A DNA stretch of 64,000 nucleotides from Antedon mediterranea (lineage: Eukaryota; Animalia; Echinodermata): assembly GCF_964355755.1 (NCBI RefSeq), contig NC_092671.1, positions 26,114,070 to 26,178,069 of the forward strand, written 5' to 3'. Position 1 is the stretch's first letter, and the number at the start of each line of letters is the position of its first letter. Both the position numbers and the translations under genes were made by a program. The notes beneath the pieces were generated by a model that was not told the DNA's origin, ran no database searches, and saw only the letters and a program-made list of their open reading frames with translations. This document shows positions 1 to 58,137 of the stretch, one piece after another.

Positions 1-432
1 AAGTTGTAATTAAAATCATTCAGTAAAAGTAAATGGTAAACAGTAGTTTGAAATAATGTTGTTTAATTTATATTAATATACACAGGTACCCTTTAAATAT
101 TTGGATGGTAAAGAATTGTTTAAGACAGTTTGTCAGTTTTTCTGTCACCAAGACAGATTTTTATTAATTTCATATTTTTTAATGATAAAGATAAAACAAA
201 CAAACAAACAAATTCACTTGTCTACGATCGTTTATTGTTTAAACATAAACTTCATTGAAACTTTTAAATATAATACTGTATACATACTATTGTTAAAACA
301 TTGTTCACATTCTATTTGTATATAGATAAGTACAGGGCCCCAGGGAAGCACAGCCATGTTTTGATCTGGGCCTCCGTGGAAAATAAAGTTGAATTAAATT
401 GTAATTACTAATTAGGTTTATTTTCTTTACAG

Positions 433-46384
<45,952 letters not shown>

Positions 46385-47063
46385 GTGAATCAACTTGAAA
46401 TCACCTGAAATTAAGAATGAAATAATCTTCCAAGCCTTGGAGCAGATAACAATTTTAGCTTAAGAAGTGAAATATAATTTTGTGAAATTCCTCTTAATGG
46501 GTAGCTTTTGATATTTGAATTATCAACAATAATCACAAATTTAGAATAATTAATTTTAAAAGGTTTTATAAGTGTAAATTTGAAGATTAGAACAATAATT
46601 GGCTTTTTCATAAATATGTTTGAGTACTTTTGGAAAATGTTAAACTGAGATATTTTTTTAATCGGTAATGTTATGTGAATGTTCGCAATTAACAAATTAC
46701 AGATGTACACATGGTCATTTATGATAGCTTGGGGTAGTTGTAGAATCTATCACAACACAAAAAGACAAAGTTGTTATAGTCCTTGGTTGCTACTCACTAA
46801 ACTACAAATCAAATTGTGTTTACATAAACAAGCTACCTCTTGCCGTAAAATGTTTATTTTTATATAAATATTGATAATATCAATTTTTTGTTTAAAGTTG
46901 TAGTACACTTTATTTACAGACAAGTTTGATGTGAAATGAATTCATATAAATTATTTTATTAATCATTTTTATTTTAATACTAAATGTAAAGTATTTTGTA
47001 TTTTAATGTGTAACTTTACGATGTTTGGTGTCAAATTGCAAGTTCATAATACAGTACTATACA

Positions 47064-47732
47064 CAGTAGAACCCCTATTAAGGGATATCTCCAGCCACTT
47101 AAGTAAGAGTGTCCTCTGAATAGAATTGATCGTTACACGGAAAAGTGTCCCCTGAATAGAGGTGTACGCTAAATAGGAGGTCTCCCGAATAGAAGTGTCC
47201 TCCGAATAGGAGTGTCCCCTGAATAGGGGTGTCCACTGAATAGGAGGTCTCCCGAATAGGAGTGTCCCCTGAATAAGGGTGTCCACTGAATAGGAGGTCT
47301 CCCGAATAGGAGTGTCCCCTGAATAGGGGTGTACGCTAAATAGGTCTCCCGAATAGGAGTGTCCCCTGAATAGTGGTGTCCACTGAATAAGAGGTCTCCC
47401 GAATAGGAGTGTCCCGTGAATAGGGGTGTCCACTGAATAGGAGGTCTCCCGAATAGGAGTGTCCCCTGAATAGGGGTGTACGCTAAATAGGAGTGTCCCC
47501 TGAATAGGAGTGTCCCCTGAATAGGGGTGTACGCTAAATAGGTCTCCCGAATAGGAGTGTCCCCTGAATAGTGGTGTCCACTGAATAAGAGGTCTCCCGA
47601 ATAGGAGTGTCCCCTGAATAGGGGTGTCCACTGAATAGGAGGTCTCCCGAATAGGAGTGTCCCCTGAATAGGGGTGTACGCTAAATAGGAGTGTCCCCTG
47701 AATAGGAGTGTCCTAAACGAGGGATTCTACTG
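47064..47732. mobile_element. Tc1/mariner(pogo)-like MITE filled with a ~17-bp internal tandem repeat
   Basis: Termini CAGTAGAACCCCT / AGGGATTCTACTG followed by TA. The interior is made of GAATAGGAGTGTCCCCT variants. This explains the spurious 195-aa repetitive ORF at 47044-47631. Confidence 0.7.
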
Positions 47733-48525
47733 TAACTGCATTATGCTAAATAAATCTAACCAATTGTAATTTTTGTTTAATTAAAGATAACGATTTTAGG
47801 CACATACGGTAATCTGTTTATCTTGACGATTTTAATATTTTAATTTGTATTATTTAAATCGAAAGCCTTAATAGTTAAAATTCAAAATTAGCAATAAATT
47901 GATTAGGTAAAAATCTATAGGTGACATTTTACATTTTAAGGCTGTATAGAACTACTTTGTAATATATATGATACATATTTATATTTTAGCGATTGTATGG
48001 TACATGGCATTTTTATATATTCATCATTTTACATAAATTAAATGAACAAAGTTTGTTGTTTAGTGTTGGCGGTTAACAATATTGTAGATAAGCTATTTTT
48101 GTAATTTTATTATATAAATATATTTTTGTACGACGTGTAGATTGTTAGAATTACAATTAGAAAAGCAAAAGGCGAGGTTTACTTAGTTGTATAATTTTAA
48201 TAATAACAAAGGTTGAGGGTTTTAGAGCCTCCAAATAATTATTATGCAATTTTATAGGATATAACATTGTAATATTTAGTTGAAGTATAATATATGAATA
48301 TGGGTCGTTTATAGACACAATTTCCTCTCCAGTTTGAAACAAAGTATTGGGTAATTATAATGGTAATGATATCAATCAGTTTATCTGCAAGAATTAGTAA
48401 TTTCCAGAATATGAAAACATTTATTATATAAACATACAGTAGCATATGCTGGCTAGGGTCGTATGTCTTTTACCAGATGGTAAAAGACATACCTTATGTA
48501 TTTCTTTGCCCACTGAATTATTTTA

Positions 48526-48581
48526 AATAAAACGTCAATAATCCTACTGAATAAAACAATCATAGAACTTGTGTTTTGTTT
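48526..48581 (+). other. Candidate polyadenylation signal of the RPTP gene
   Basis: Two AATAAA hexamers (48526, 48550) followed by a GT-rich tract (ttgtgttttgttt), at the end of an AU-rich stretch after the stop codon. Confidence 0.35.
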
Positions 48582-51460
48582 ACTAGTTTGTCAAAATACG
48601 TCCTTTAAGAAAATGCGATTAAAATATTTACTATCCAGTAAAGCTATGTAGGCCTATCCATCGTGGTTTATCTTGTTCTTCGTTCACACACATAACAACA
48701 AAGATATACCCGTTGTAATCCGGTAATTGATATTTCTGTCACATGTCTAACTTTACATCGAACCTATCAGACTTCGGCCTACCGTCGAATGCACCTCTGA
48801 CAGCAGCTATTGGAAGACCGCATCGAATCAGACTAAAGCTTGGTTCGCACTAGGACGCAACGCAACTTAACAAGCGAAAGTTCAAATAACCTATCGCTTG
48901 TGATTGGTCAAATAACTAACAAGTTGCTGTTGTGTTTGATGTGCCGCCATATTTAAATTGGTCACAATGCACATAGTTGCTTTCGGCATCCCTTGTACGG
49001 CTTCAGTAAACCTTTTGTTTTAGCAAAAAGTGTGTGTTACGTCGTAAGACAAACAATCCGCCAAACATTTCATCTTGTCAAAATGTTGGGATACAAAGTA
49101 AAATTATAGGTAGGCCTACAGTTTAAAGAATTTGCTTTATGCGTACGCTACCTATACAAATCTATTCGTTTAACTTTAAACAACACCGCTCAACGGTATT
49201 TTTAAAAACATTTCTAACCAATCACATCGTGAAATATTTCGAATACCACAACGCATTACAAATAAACAAGTCAACACGACAACAATGTTGAGAAGGCAAG
49301 GTAAGCTGTGTTTATTGTTTCTTTTCGATAACCTTATTGATGAATTGTTTACCAATTAGCTAAGAAGTATAGTTATACAGTTCGTTGGTAATAAGTTTGC
49401 AATATATCTATCAGTAATATTACTGTAACATGTGGTTATTTCGATGTCTTATAAGCTCAGACAAACTATAACGAGAGGCTAACACTGAAGATAGTCTGCT
49501 ATAGCGTTTTACAAGTCATCGCAATTATTTATTGTTTTATTATTATTTACTACAATATAAATAATATTATAGTATAGTTGAACAATTGCATATTATACTG
49601 TAATACTATTATATTTTGTAGCATTTTATACTGTAACTTTTGCCTACACGACATTTTACAGTAATATTAATAATACCTGTATTGTTTTGTAATACATTTT
49701 AATATTACATAATGTTTTTATTTTAATACAAATGCTGTATATTTATTGTAAAGTACAGTAATTGTATTAAATAGTATATTTTAAATACTAAATTATAATA
49801 ATATATAAACTATAATTATTATAATGTATAATAATATATTATTTATTATTATTATTTATCATTACATATAATAACTTAATGTAATATTAACATGGAAACC
49901 AACAATATAATAACATGTTTAATGCAATATAATATCAACATGCATTATTATAATGAATTATACTTTATGTATTTTACCTACGCATTATGTTAGAATAGAA
50001 ACCGAAATTTAAATAAATACGGTACTAATAAATTGACAACAAATTGCAATATTCTTTAAAAGTTAAACTATTGGTTGAAACACGTGATTGTACACATTTT
50101 GAATGTGGCTGTACAAACAGTACTAACAAAATAACTATACTTTGTGTACACGTTTTGCCTGTTTAATCTAGATGTAATTTTAAATGTAAATATGTACATG
50201 TTTGTATGATGTAGTATGTTTAAGCGGATATTAGCCCTTGATAGCATTTGCAGCAATAAAGAAATTGAATTGAATTGAAAAAAAAATGTAAACGTGATCA
50301 TATTGTGCAGTACCATCATTCCTTATACATTGTCTTCCTCGGTTTAACTTTAAAAAATTAGTTAATTAATTCAGGGAAGAGTGAGAAATTGTAATCTTAC
50401 TTTTCCCTGTTTAATTATTGTAATAAATATCCACTGTCAATTTAAAAAGCTATTTCAATTTAGGACACCTGAGTATAAATTTTAAATAAGTACAATTTAG
50501 TATTTTATTTATCTTACGGGAATACTTTTATAGACAAAAATACCTATTTAAATCAATGTGAACATTCATGAAAACAAATTTATATTAAGTTCAACCTTTC
50601 AGCAAATCTCTAATGATTATAGAAGTTTATATTTTGATTAATGTATCGGTCTTAATCCTATATATTTGCCCATTAGTTACACCAGACATTTAATTACCTA
50701 AACCATTATAACATATTGTAAATAATCTTTAGAATATAAAGAATGAATGAACAGCACCAGAAAGTGAGAGGTTCCCAATCAAAATAATCACAATTACTGT
50801 CGAAAAATGGGAATGTTACTATATAAGTTTACTTTATAACATAGATGATAGTTGTTTTGTATTAGCAGGACGACATCAGAGCAGTATTCTTGATGTGTTC
50901 CGACAGTATGGAATTTTTTGAAAATTATACTGTAGAAAAAAAAGCAAAAAATAATATTAATGAAATTAAATAAATTCATATCTTTCCAAAGATAGGAAAA
51001 TGTAAAATGAATAGATTGATTAGATGACGATCTAGTGAAGGCAAGTGGATGAAAGGATGATACAAGAAACATCTTCTTCTGGAGACCCACTTGATAGTTT
51101 GATTTAGTTCACTTTTGGGAATCCTGTCTCTCTGTATTGTTTGTTATTTTTTTGTTATAATTATGTGAGACGAAATAAATAAAATGAAATTAAATGAAAT
51201 TGTGTTAAAGTAAAACATACAAATTGTTTCAAATAAATACATTTACTTTTAAAACAAACATTAGCAAGTAAAATAAATAAATACAAATTACAACAGGCGC
51301 CTACTTTTCAGAATAATTATATTCATTGTAATATTTTATCTGTACAATGCTTTCTTAAGTTAAGATTTTTGGCTATGGATATACTGTATTATGTGATCAT
51401 GGTATTCCAAAGTAAAAAGATGAATGAAATGAATGGATTAAACTTGGTCTGGAACTTAAC

Positions 51461-54400
51461 TTAACCCGGTCCTTTATATTAGTTTTCGTTGTTAGTTAGC
51501 ATTGTACAATACTGTAAACTATTTTCACATTTCTTGTTTATTATGCAAATGTTGGGAATAATAAAAATGTTTCTTTTGGTATCTTGATAGTTTCACTTTC
51601 ACTTGATAGTTAATAAACTAATAATTGCCCATACAATGTTAGTTTTGTTATTATTCAAATCTGGAACAATCTTGTTTGAAATAACAACAATCAGGAACAT
51701 ACCTGCTGGTGCTGGTTCTTCTGCTGGTGCATTTGCTGCTGCTGGGTCTCCTAATAATAACAATAATAAATGTACACTGATACAAACTGAATAATACAGA
51801 CGTAAATAAACTATTATCTTATATTGTTGCATTTAATAGCTAAAATACTGTAGGCCTAGTTTCTAATTTCTAAATATTTTTCTCCCTATTTGGTATAGAA
51901 TAACATTCATTAGTCACTCTAATCAACGTCGTATCAATATAGAGTAATTTCAATCATCTGTGACTTTTATCCGGGTTATCGGAATTCCATTTCACTCGGC
52001 TGTCACTCTTGAAAATAGAATTTCATCTTTTACCGCATGGAATTATTGTACCATAACAGTCATTCATTATGTACATTATAATATGGTTTTATAATGTTAC
52101 TTACCATCTACAACTGTACTGTTTCCTGCTAAAAAGTAAAAAGTAACAGTATTTTAAATAACGCATAAGGATAATTTACAATGATGAATGAACGACCTGT
52201 TACAACGCAATAATGATTCATTAGAAACCATACGTCATGTTAATGTACAGTTATCCATGGAATATTCACATTTAATAGTATTCAATGTATGTTTTTTGTT
52301 TCGAGGAACTTTATCTTACATTAGGGTGCATTATAAGAAGCCTAAGTGTATGCTTGTCATCTGATTGGCTTGTTTCTTATTACGCGCCGTGCATTATTTT
52401 TCCCATAATATGAACAATTTTTTTCCCGAGATTTCACAAGGTGAATGCGAATTAAGGCTGCGTGAAAAGTGTATTAGGCCTACCTGCACTATTTGCAACT
52501 ACTGTACCATTTCCTGCTGAAATGTAAAAGTAATAGTCTTATAATGATGAATGAAAGAACTCTAAAACACTGTCTAATAGTGCCCATATATGGACATGAT
52601 GCTGTCATATTACTACCATATTTAGGCACATTACATACTTTTTGCCAAACTAGTTTGATAGTATAGACAGAGCTTATCAACACACAATAGTGGTTCATTA
52701 GAAACTGAAACATACGTCACGTTAATGCATTATTATTTTTTAAACAATGGCTAATTCGTCCATACGAGTACCCAAAATAAATTGTATCCAACTAAATTCA
52801 AACATGGCTAATTATTTGTTTTTAAAGTAATTTTAAAATGTTATTTGTTCTCACTTACCTGCTGCACCATCTCCAGCGTCTACAACTGTGCCATCGTCTG
52901 AAATTAAAACAAGTCTCCTTTTATCATATTATATGCATTCATAATGCAAGAAATGTAGGCATACCAGCAATTAAAGCAAGATGATTCAATTTAAATAAGA
53001 TAAGATAACAAACGGCTAAACAACGTGTTTGTTTTTGGGTGGATAAGAATGACTCAGATAAATAATCAGGAAGAACTAATAGAGACGGAGGGTTCGCTTT
53101 TAGGTAGAATACACTAATATTAGGCCCTTTTTGTATTGCAATTTATATTTCGTAACACAGTATTTACTATTTTTTATTCAATATTTATAGTATACATTCA
53201 AAAAGAAATACATAACATGGATGCAATATCAACATCAATTATAAATTATTAATTATAAACAAAAATAGTATTATATTTCATATCTCTTATCAACAACAAA
53301 CATTATCTTTTCACAACAATAACAAAAAAGGAGAACAATTCCTGTAGCATCAATTACAGATATTGATATAAAAATACCATTATTTTTATTAGCCTATAAT
53401 AAAATACATAATACTGTTTTGGAATAATATGCAGACAAATATCGTACCTTGGAAGTTGACTTGATTGGCTAAAAATAAAAATAACATTAAATTTAATTTT
53501 GTTAGCTCGTAAAATATGTATTTGAAAAAAAGGAAATGACATTTATCCTGATCAGTCCGTCATTCAATTGGTCAGTATGATATCATGGCGGTCAGTCAAT
53601 TAGTTTGGCAAATAATTCCGTAATAATGGGTTGTGAAATTGTTTCCGATGCTGAAACTTGTTATCAATTATACACTGATCTAGATGTGAAATGTTCTCAG
53701 TTTTGTAGAATCTAAAACACGGATTACATGTTAAATCTACAGTTTTTCCTTATATTGAAGCGAGTAGCGTACCGTCACAATTGGGAATCGACGACGAGGC
53801 AATGGAACGCATATTCGTTGTTAATATACAAGTTGGGAATTTAGGACGTAGATGTACCTACCAGCTGGTTCTACAAATACGCTAGTTTTCTGTAGTATGC
53901 AAAAGAGTGTGTAACTTGACTGAAAAACTGCGAACTTTGATCTACCGCCGCGGCGGTGGGAACTTTTACAACGAACATTCTAGAAACAAGTCCATCCCAA
54001 ACTCATGGCGATGTTATTCAGGCCCAAGCCAGAAAAACTTTTTATGGTTCGGGAGAACTTTTAGTCGCGTGAGTTTACCGTCTAAACATCTGACACACTC
54101 GAACTTTTAGAAGAATAAGTACAATTAAACGTATGGTCAGCCTATAAATTAACGGCTGCAACCGTAAATTTTCTATCTTGGCAAGGCGAGCTCAGAATTC
54201 TGTTGCAAGCTTGCCTTGGTGAAACTATATACAATGTGTCATGTGAATTACATTCAGAAACATCAAATCAATTTTCATTGAAACTATAATTTTCTTAGAT
54301 TCTTCAGAAAGAAAGAGAGACAGACTTACATAGTAAATTGACCTAATTGGAACACTGAATCCAAAATAAATGTTTAGTAAACGATTATTGATATTCCAAT

Positions 54401-57400
54401 TTGTTTTTCAACTCGAGATTAGTGTATAAAATTAAGCCAATGGACGAAACAAATTAACTTATGTTTCTTACTTACCATCACCTGCACTTTCCTCCACGGC
54501 TGTACCGTCGACTTCAGCTGTACCGTTGTTTGTTGCTGTACTATTGTCTGACAAATTAAAAACAATAGTGCGTTTATTCATAGACCTAAAGCTTGGTTCT
54601 TGCTTGATCGCAACGTAAGGACGTGATTAGAACGTAAGTAATTTCACCAATCACGACGCGATTGGTCAACCGAACTGTTGCTTCTGATTGGTCAAGTGTT
54701 CAAGTAAGAACCAAGCTTCAGGATCAGTTGTAATGAACCGTAAAAAGCCTGGTCCTCCAACATAAAACAATTTGTCTATCCCAAGTGTACACAAAATAGA
54801 ATGAATACTATTAGTAATTACATTGTGTTTGTTTTACTGTTTCTTACCTGCAGCAGGTACCTCTGCAGTATCTCCTAAAAATTAAAACAATATTGTGTTT
54901 TGCATCATAAAGGTTAAAAATGGTTAAATTGACAATATTTAGATTTATTCTTTAGATGGATAGGGATGACGAAATGGTTAAAAACGGCTAGCACTGCGAG
55001 TTAGTTCTTAGGTGGACATGGGTGTGACAAACTGGCTGGGACCGACTGGACTGCGGGTTGGTTCTTAGATGGACACAAATGACAACATTGTTAATTAGTC
55101 TAGATTGCCATTAATTCTTAGGTTGACATGAATGACGGCTACCACTACGAGTTAGTTTTAAGGTGGACATGAGTAACAAAATAGTCAAAACTACTAGAGA
55201 TTTCAGGTGGAAATAAAGGATTACAAACGGATAAATTGCGATTTAGTTCTTAGGTTGACATGGTTAAAAATGGTTAGATCGCAGTAAAAAACCAAATACA
55301 CTTTTTCAGACTGAAGTTTAAGATTGTTGAAGTGTGACCCACACTGACACTAGAACAAGTTAATGATGTAGTAGCTTACCTCCTTCAGCTGCAGCATTTT
55401 CTTCTGAGAATAAAAAAAAATATTTCTCGTATAGACATATGGATCAATCTTAACTTTATCAACAAGTAACTCTAACAACAAGTAAAATGGTTAAATGAAA
55501 TTTGAAGAAATTGAAATTTTAATTACCACGCAATAAGCCTATACAATGTGCCCATCCCATATATAGAATACATATACGATACGTTATGATACACCATGGC
55601 TTATATCAAACACCAATATTATTTTTTTATATAATAAAGGCGAACGGTAATATTACACAGTAGTCTAATTGAATCAACAATGCTATGCCTATACTATGAA
55701 ATACATAATAAATAATAATATTTGAGATATAGCATACCTTGCAAATTGACTTGATTTTCTACAAAAATAAATAGAAGAACAAAATTAGAATTAACTCAAA
55801 TATTAAATTTTATTTATTTCAGTTCAGCAAGCTTTTCTACGGTTCGGTACTGTTTGTACAAATCATGTTACATACATTTAGGCCTAGATATATTAAGAAC
55901 AACTAAACACACACACAATAGAATTATTTGCATTAGAAAGGCATTCTTATACTAAAATATATTAATATTAAAATCAATTCCCAAATTCGACAGCGATTTT
56001 GATGACCTACTACTATTACACAAATAGGTATATATTATAATTTGTTTGAATTTTACCTACCTAATGCAGCCATTAGTTTTGCTCGTTTTGCTGAAAATAA
56101 ATTAAATGTAAAATGTTCATTTTGATTTAACATATTAACAGGCTCATCATTAAAACAATAATATTATTTTACCATAGTTTCAGTTTAGTTCATCACAACC
56201 ATAATGCATCTTCACAATTGTAAATATCATTACAACAATAATAATATATAATCATATTCGTCATCATCTTTGCCACCTACATCATCGTCATCATTATTGT
56301 ATTGTTGTATCATCACGATTATTGCCCTACCTCATCACCACAGTCATCATTGTATCGTCACCATTATTGCCACCTATATCACAACTATCATTGAATCGTC
56401 ACAACCGTCATAATTATTGCCACCTATCCACCACCACCATCATTGTATCGTCAAAATTATCACCATTATTGCCCCTACATTGTCATCCCTACATTATCAC
56501 CGCAGTCATTATTGTATCGTCACAATCGTCACAATTATTATCACCTACATCGTTACCACAACCATCATCTTTGTATCATAACAATTTTCATCATTGTTGC
56601 CACCTATATCACCACCATCATTGTATCGTCACGATCATCACCATTATTACCATACATTGTCACCGCAGTCATCATTGAATCGTCACAATCGTCACCATTA
56701 TTGCCACTTATATCTTCACCACTTTAATTGTATCGTCATAATCGTCACAATTATTACCATTGTCACCACCATCATTATATCTTTACAATTGTCACCATTA
56801 TTGCCACCTATATCAACACCATCATCATAATTGTATCGTCACAATCATCACCATTATTGCCACATACATTGTCACCACCATAATTGTACCGTCACAATCG
56901 TCACCATTACAGTATTGTCAATTACATCGTCACCACCATAATTGTATCGTCACAATCGTCACCATTACAGTATTGTCAATTACATCGTCACCACCATAAT
57001 TGTATCATCACACTCGTCACCATTACAGTATTGTCTATTAAATCGTCACCGCCATCATTGTATTGTCACAATCGTCATTATCACAGTATTGTCAATTACA
57101 TCGTCACCACCATCATTGTATCGTCACAATCGTCACCATTACAGTATTGTCTATTAAATCGTCACCGCCATCATTGTATCGTCACAATCGTCACTATTAC
57201 AGTATTGTCAATTAAATCGTCACCGCCATCATTGTATTGTCACAATCGTCATTATTACAGTATTGTCAATTAAATCGTCACCGCCATCATTGTATCGTCA
57301 CAATCGTCACCATTACAGTATTGTCAATGAAATCGTCAACGCCATCATTGTATCGTCACAATCGTCACCATTACAGTATTGTCAATGAAATCGTCACCGC

Positions 57401-58137
57401 CATCATTGTATCGTCACAATCGTCACCATTACAGTATTGTCAATGAAATCGTCACCGCCTTCATTGTATCGTCACAATCGTCACCATTACAGTATTGTCA
57501 ATGAAATCGTCACCGCCATCATTGTATCGTCGCAATCGTCACCATTACAGTATTGTCAATTAAATCGTCACCGCCATCATTGTATCGTCGCAATCGTCAC
57601 TATTACAGTATTGTCAATTAAATCGTCACCGCCATCATTGTATATCACAATCGTCACCGTTACAGTATTGTAAATACACAGTCACTGCCATCATTGTATC
57701 GTCACAATCGTCACAATTACAGTATCGTCAATACATCGTCACCGCCATCATTGTATCGTCACAATCGTCACCATTACAGTATTGTCAGTACATCGTCACC
57801 GCCATCGTTATATCGTCACAATCGTCACCGTTACAGTATTGTCAATACATCGTCACCGCCATCGTTATATCGTCACAATCGTCACCGTTACAGTATTGTC
57901 AATACATCGTCACTGCCATCGTTATATCGTCCACTATATTGTCCACTCAAATGAAGGAAATTATTTAAGTTGTATATAATACGTATAATAGTTCTTTCCA
58001 TTATCAATATAAACTATCAACGCCTTTATCATTCTATCATTCTTATTACCACAATTGATCAAATTACCTGATGGTGAAGAATAGGTTATTGCTATGCATG
58101 CAAATGCAATAGCGAGTAAAAGTGCTGTCTGCTTCAT
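51461..58137 (-). CDS. Micro-exon gene A: secreted acidic Ala/Gly-rich low-complexity protein, about 142 aa, 13 coding exons
   Basis: Exons in transcript order: 58137-58068 (MKQTALLLAIAFACIAITYSSPS, signal peptide); 56090-56061 (AKRAKLMAAL); 55758-55738 (ENQVNLQ); 55403-55380 (EENAAAEG); 54874-54848 (GDTAEVPAA); 54547-54476 (DNSTATNNGTAEVDGTAVEESAGD); 53870-53862 (EPA, tentative); 53468-53448 (ANQVNFQ); 52897-52859 (DDGTVVDAGDGAA); 52516-52484 (AGNGTVVANSA); 52128-52105 (AGNSTVVD); 51750-51703 (GDPAAANAPAEEPAPA); 51471-51461 (GPG-stop, tentative). Internal exons have AG acceptors and GT donors, 3n lengths and phase 1-1. Confidence 0.78.
52578..52673. mobile_element. Partial reverse copy of the small MITE family seen at 46012-46173
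   Basis: Contains gtgcccatatatggacat...aaactagtttgatagtatagacagagc followed by tta. Confidence 0.6.
54590..54717. mobile_element. Small MITE (about 128 bp)
   Basis: Near-perfect 18-bp TIRs AGCTTGGTTCTTGCTTGA / TCAAGTAAGAACCAAGCT, preceded by TAA. A related left end (taaagcttggttc) lies at about 48834. Confidence 0.55.
54945..55280. repeat. Degenerate ~50-bp tandem repeat in an intron of micro-exon gene A
   Basis: Recurrent (g)ttagttcttag(g/a)tggaca(t) core, about 6 copies. Confidence 0.6.
56250..57940. repeat. 58-bp minisatellite array (about 1.7 kb) in the first coding intron of micro-exon gene A
   Basis: Unit catcattgtatcgtcacaatcgtcaccattacagtattgtcaatgaaatcgtcaccgc. It is homogeneous at 56870-57660 and degenerate toward 56250. 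It is the source of the many His/Ile/Ser-rich ORFs in the track. Confidence 0.92.

Noticed and set aside
47044-47631. 195-aa repetitive ORF on the minus strand
   Set aside because: It is the translation of the 17-bp satellite inside a TIR-bounded MITE.
56322-57979. Overlapping His/Ile/Ser-rich ORFs (YRHNRHHY, IVTIVTIT, SSQSSPLQY) that look like a His-rich protein
   Set aside because: All three frames are intermittently open because of a 58-bp (non-3n) minisatellite. There is no splice or codon evidence, and the region is an intron of the minus-strand micro-exon gene.
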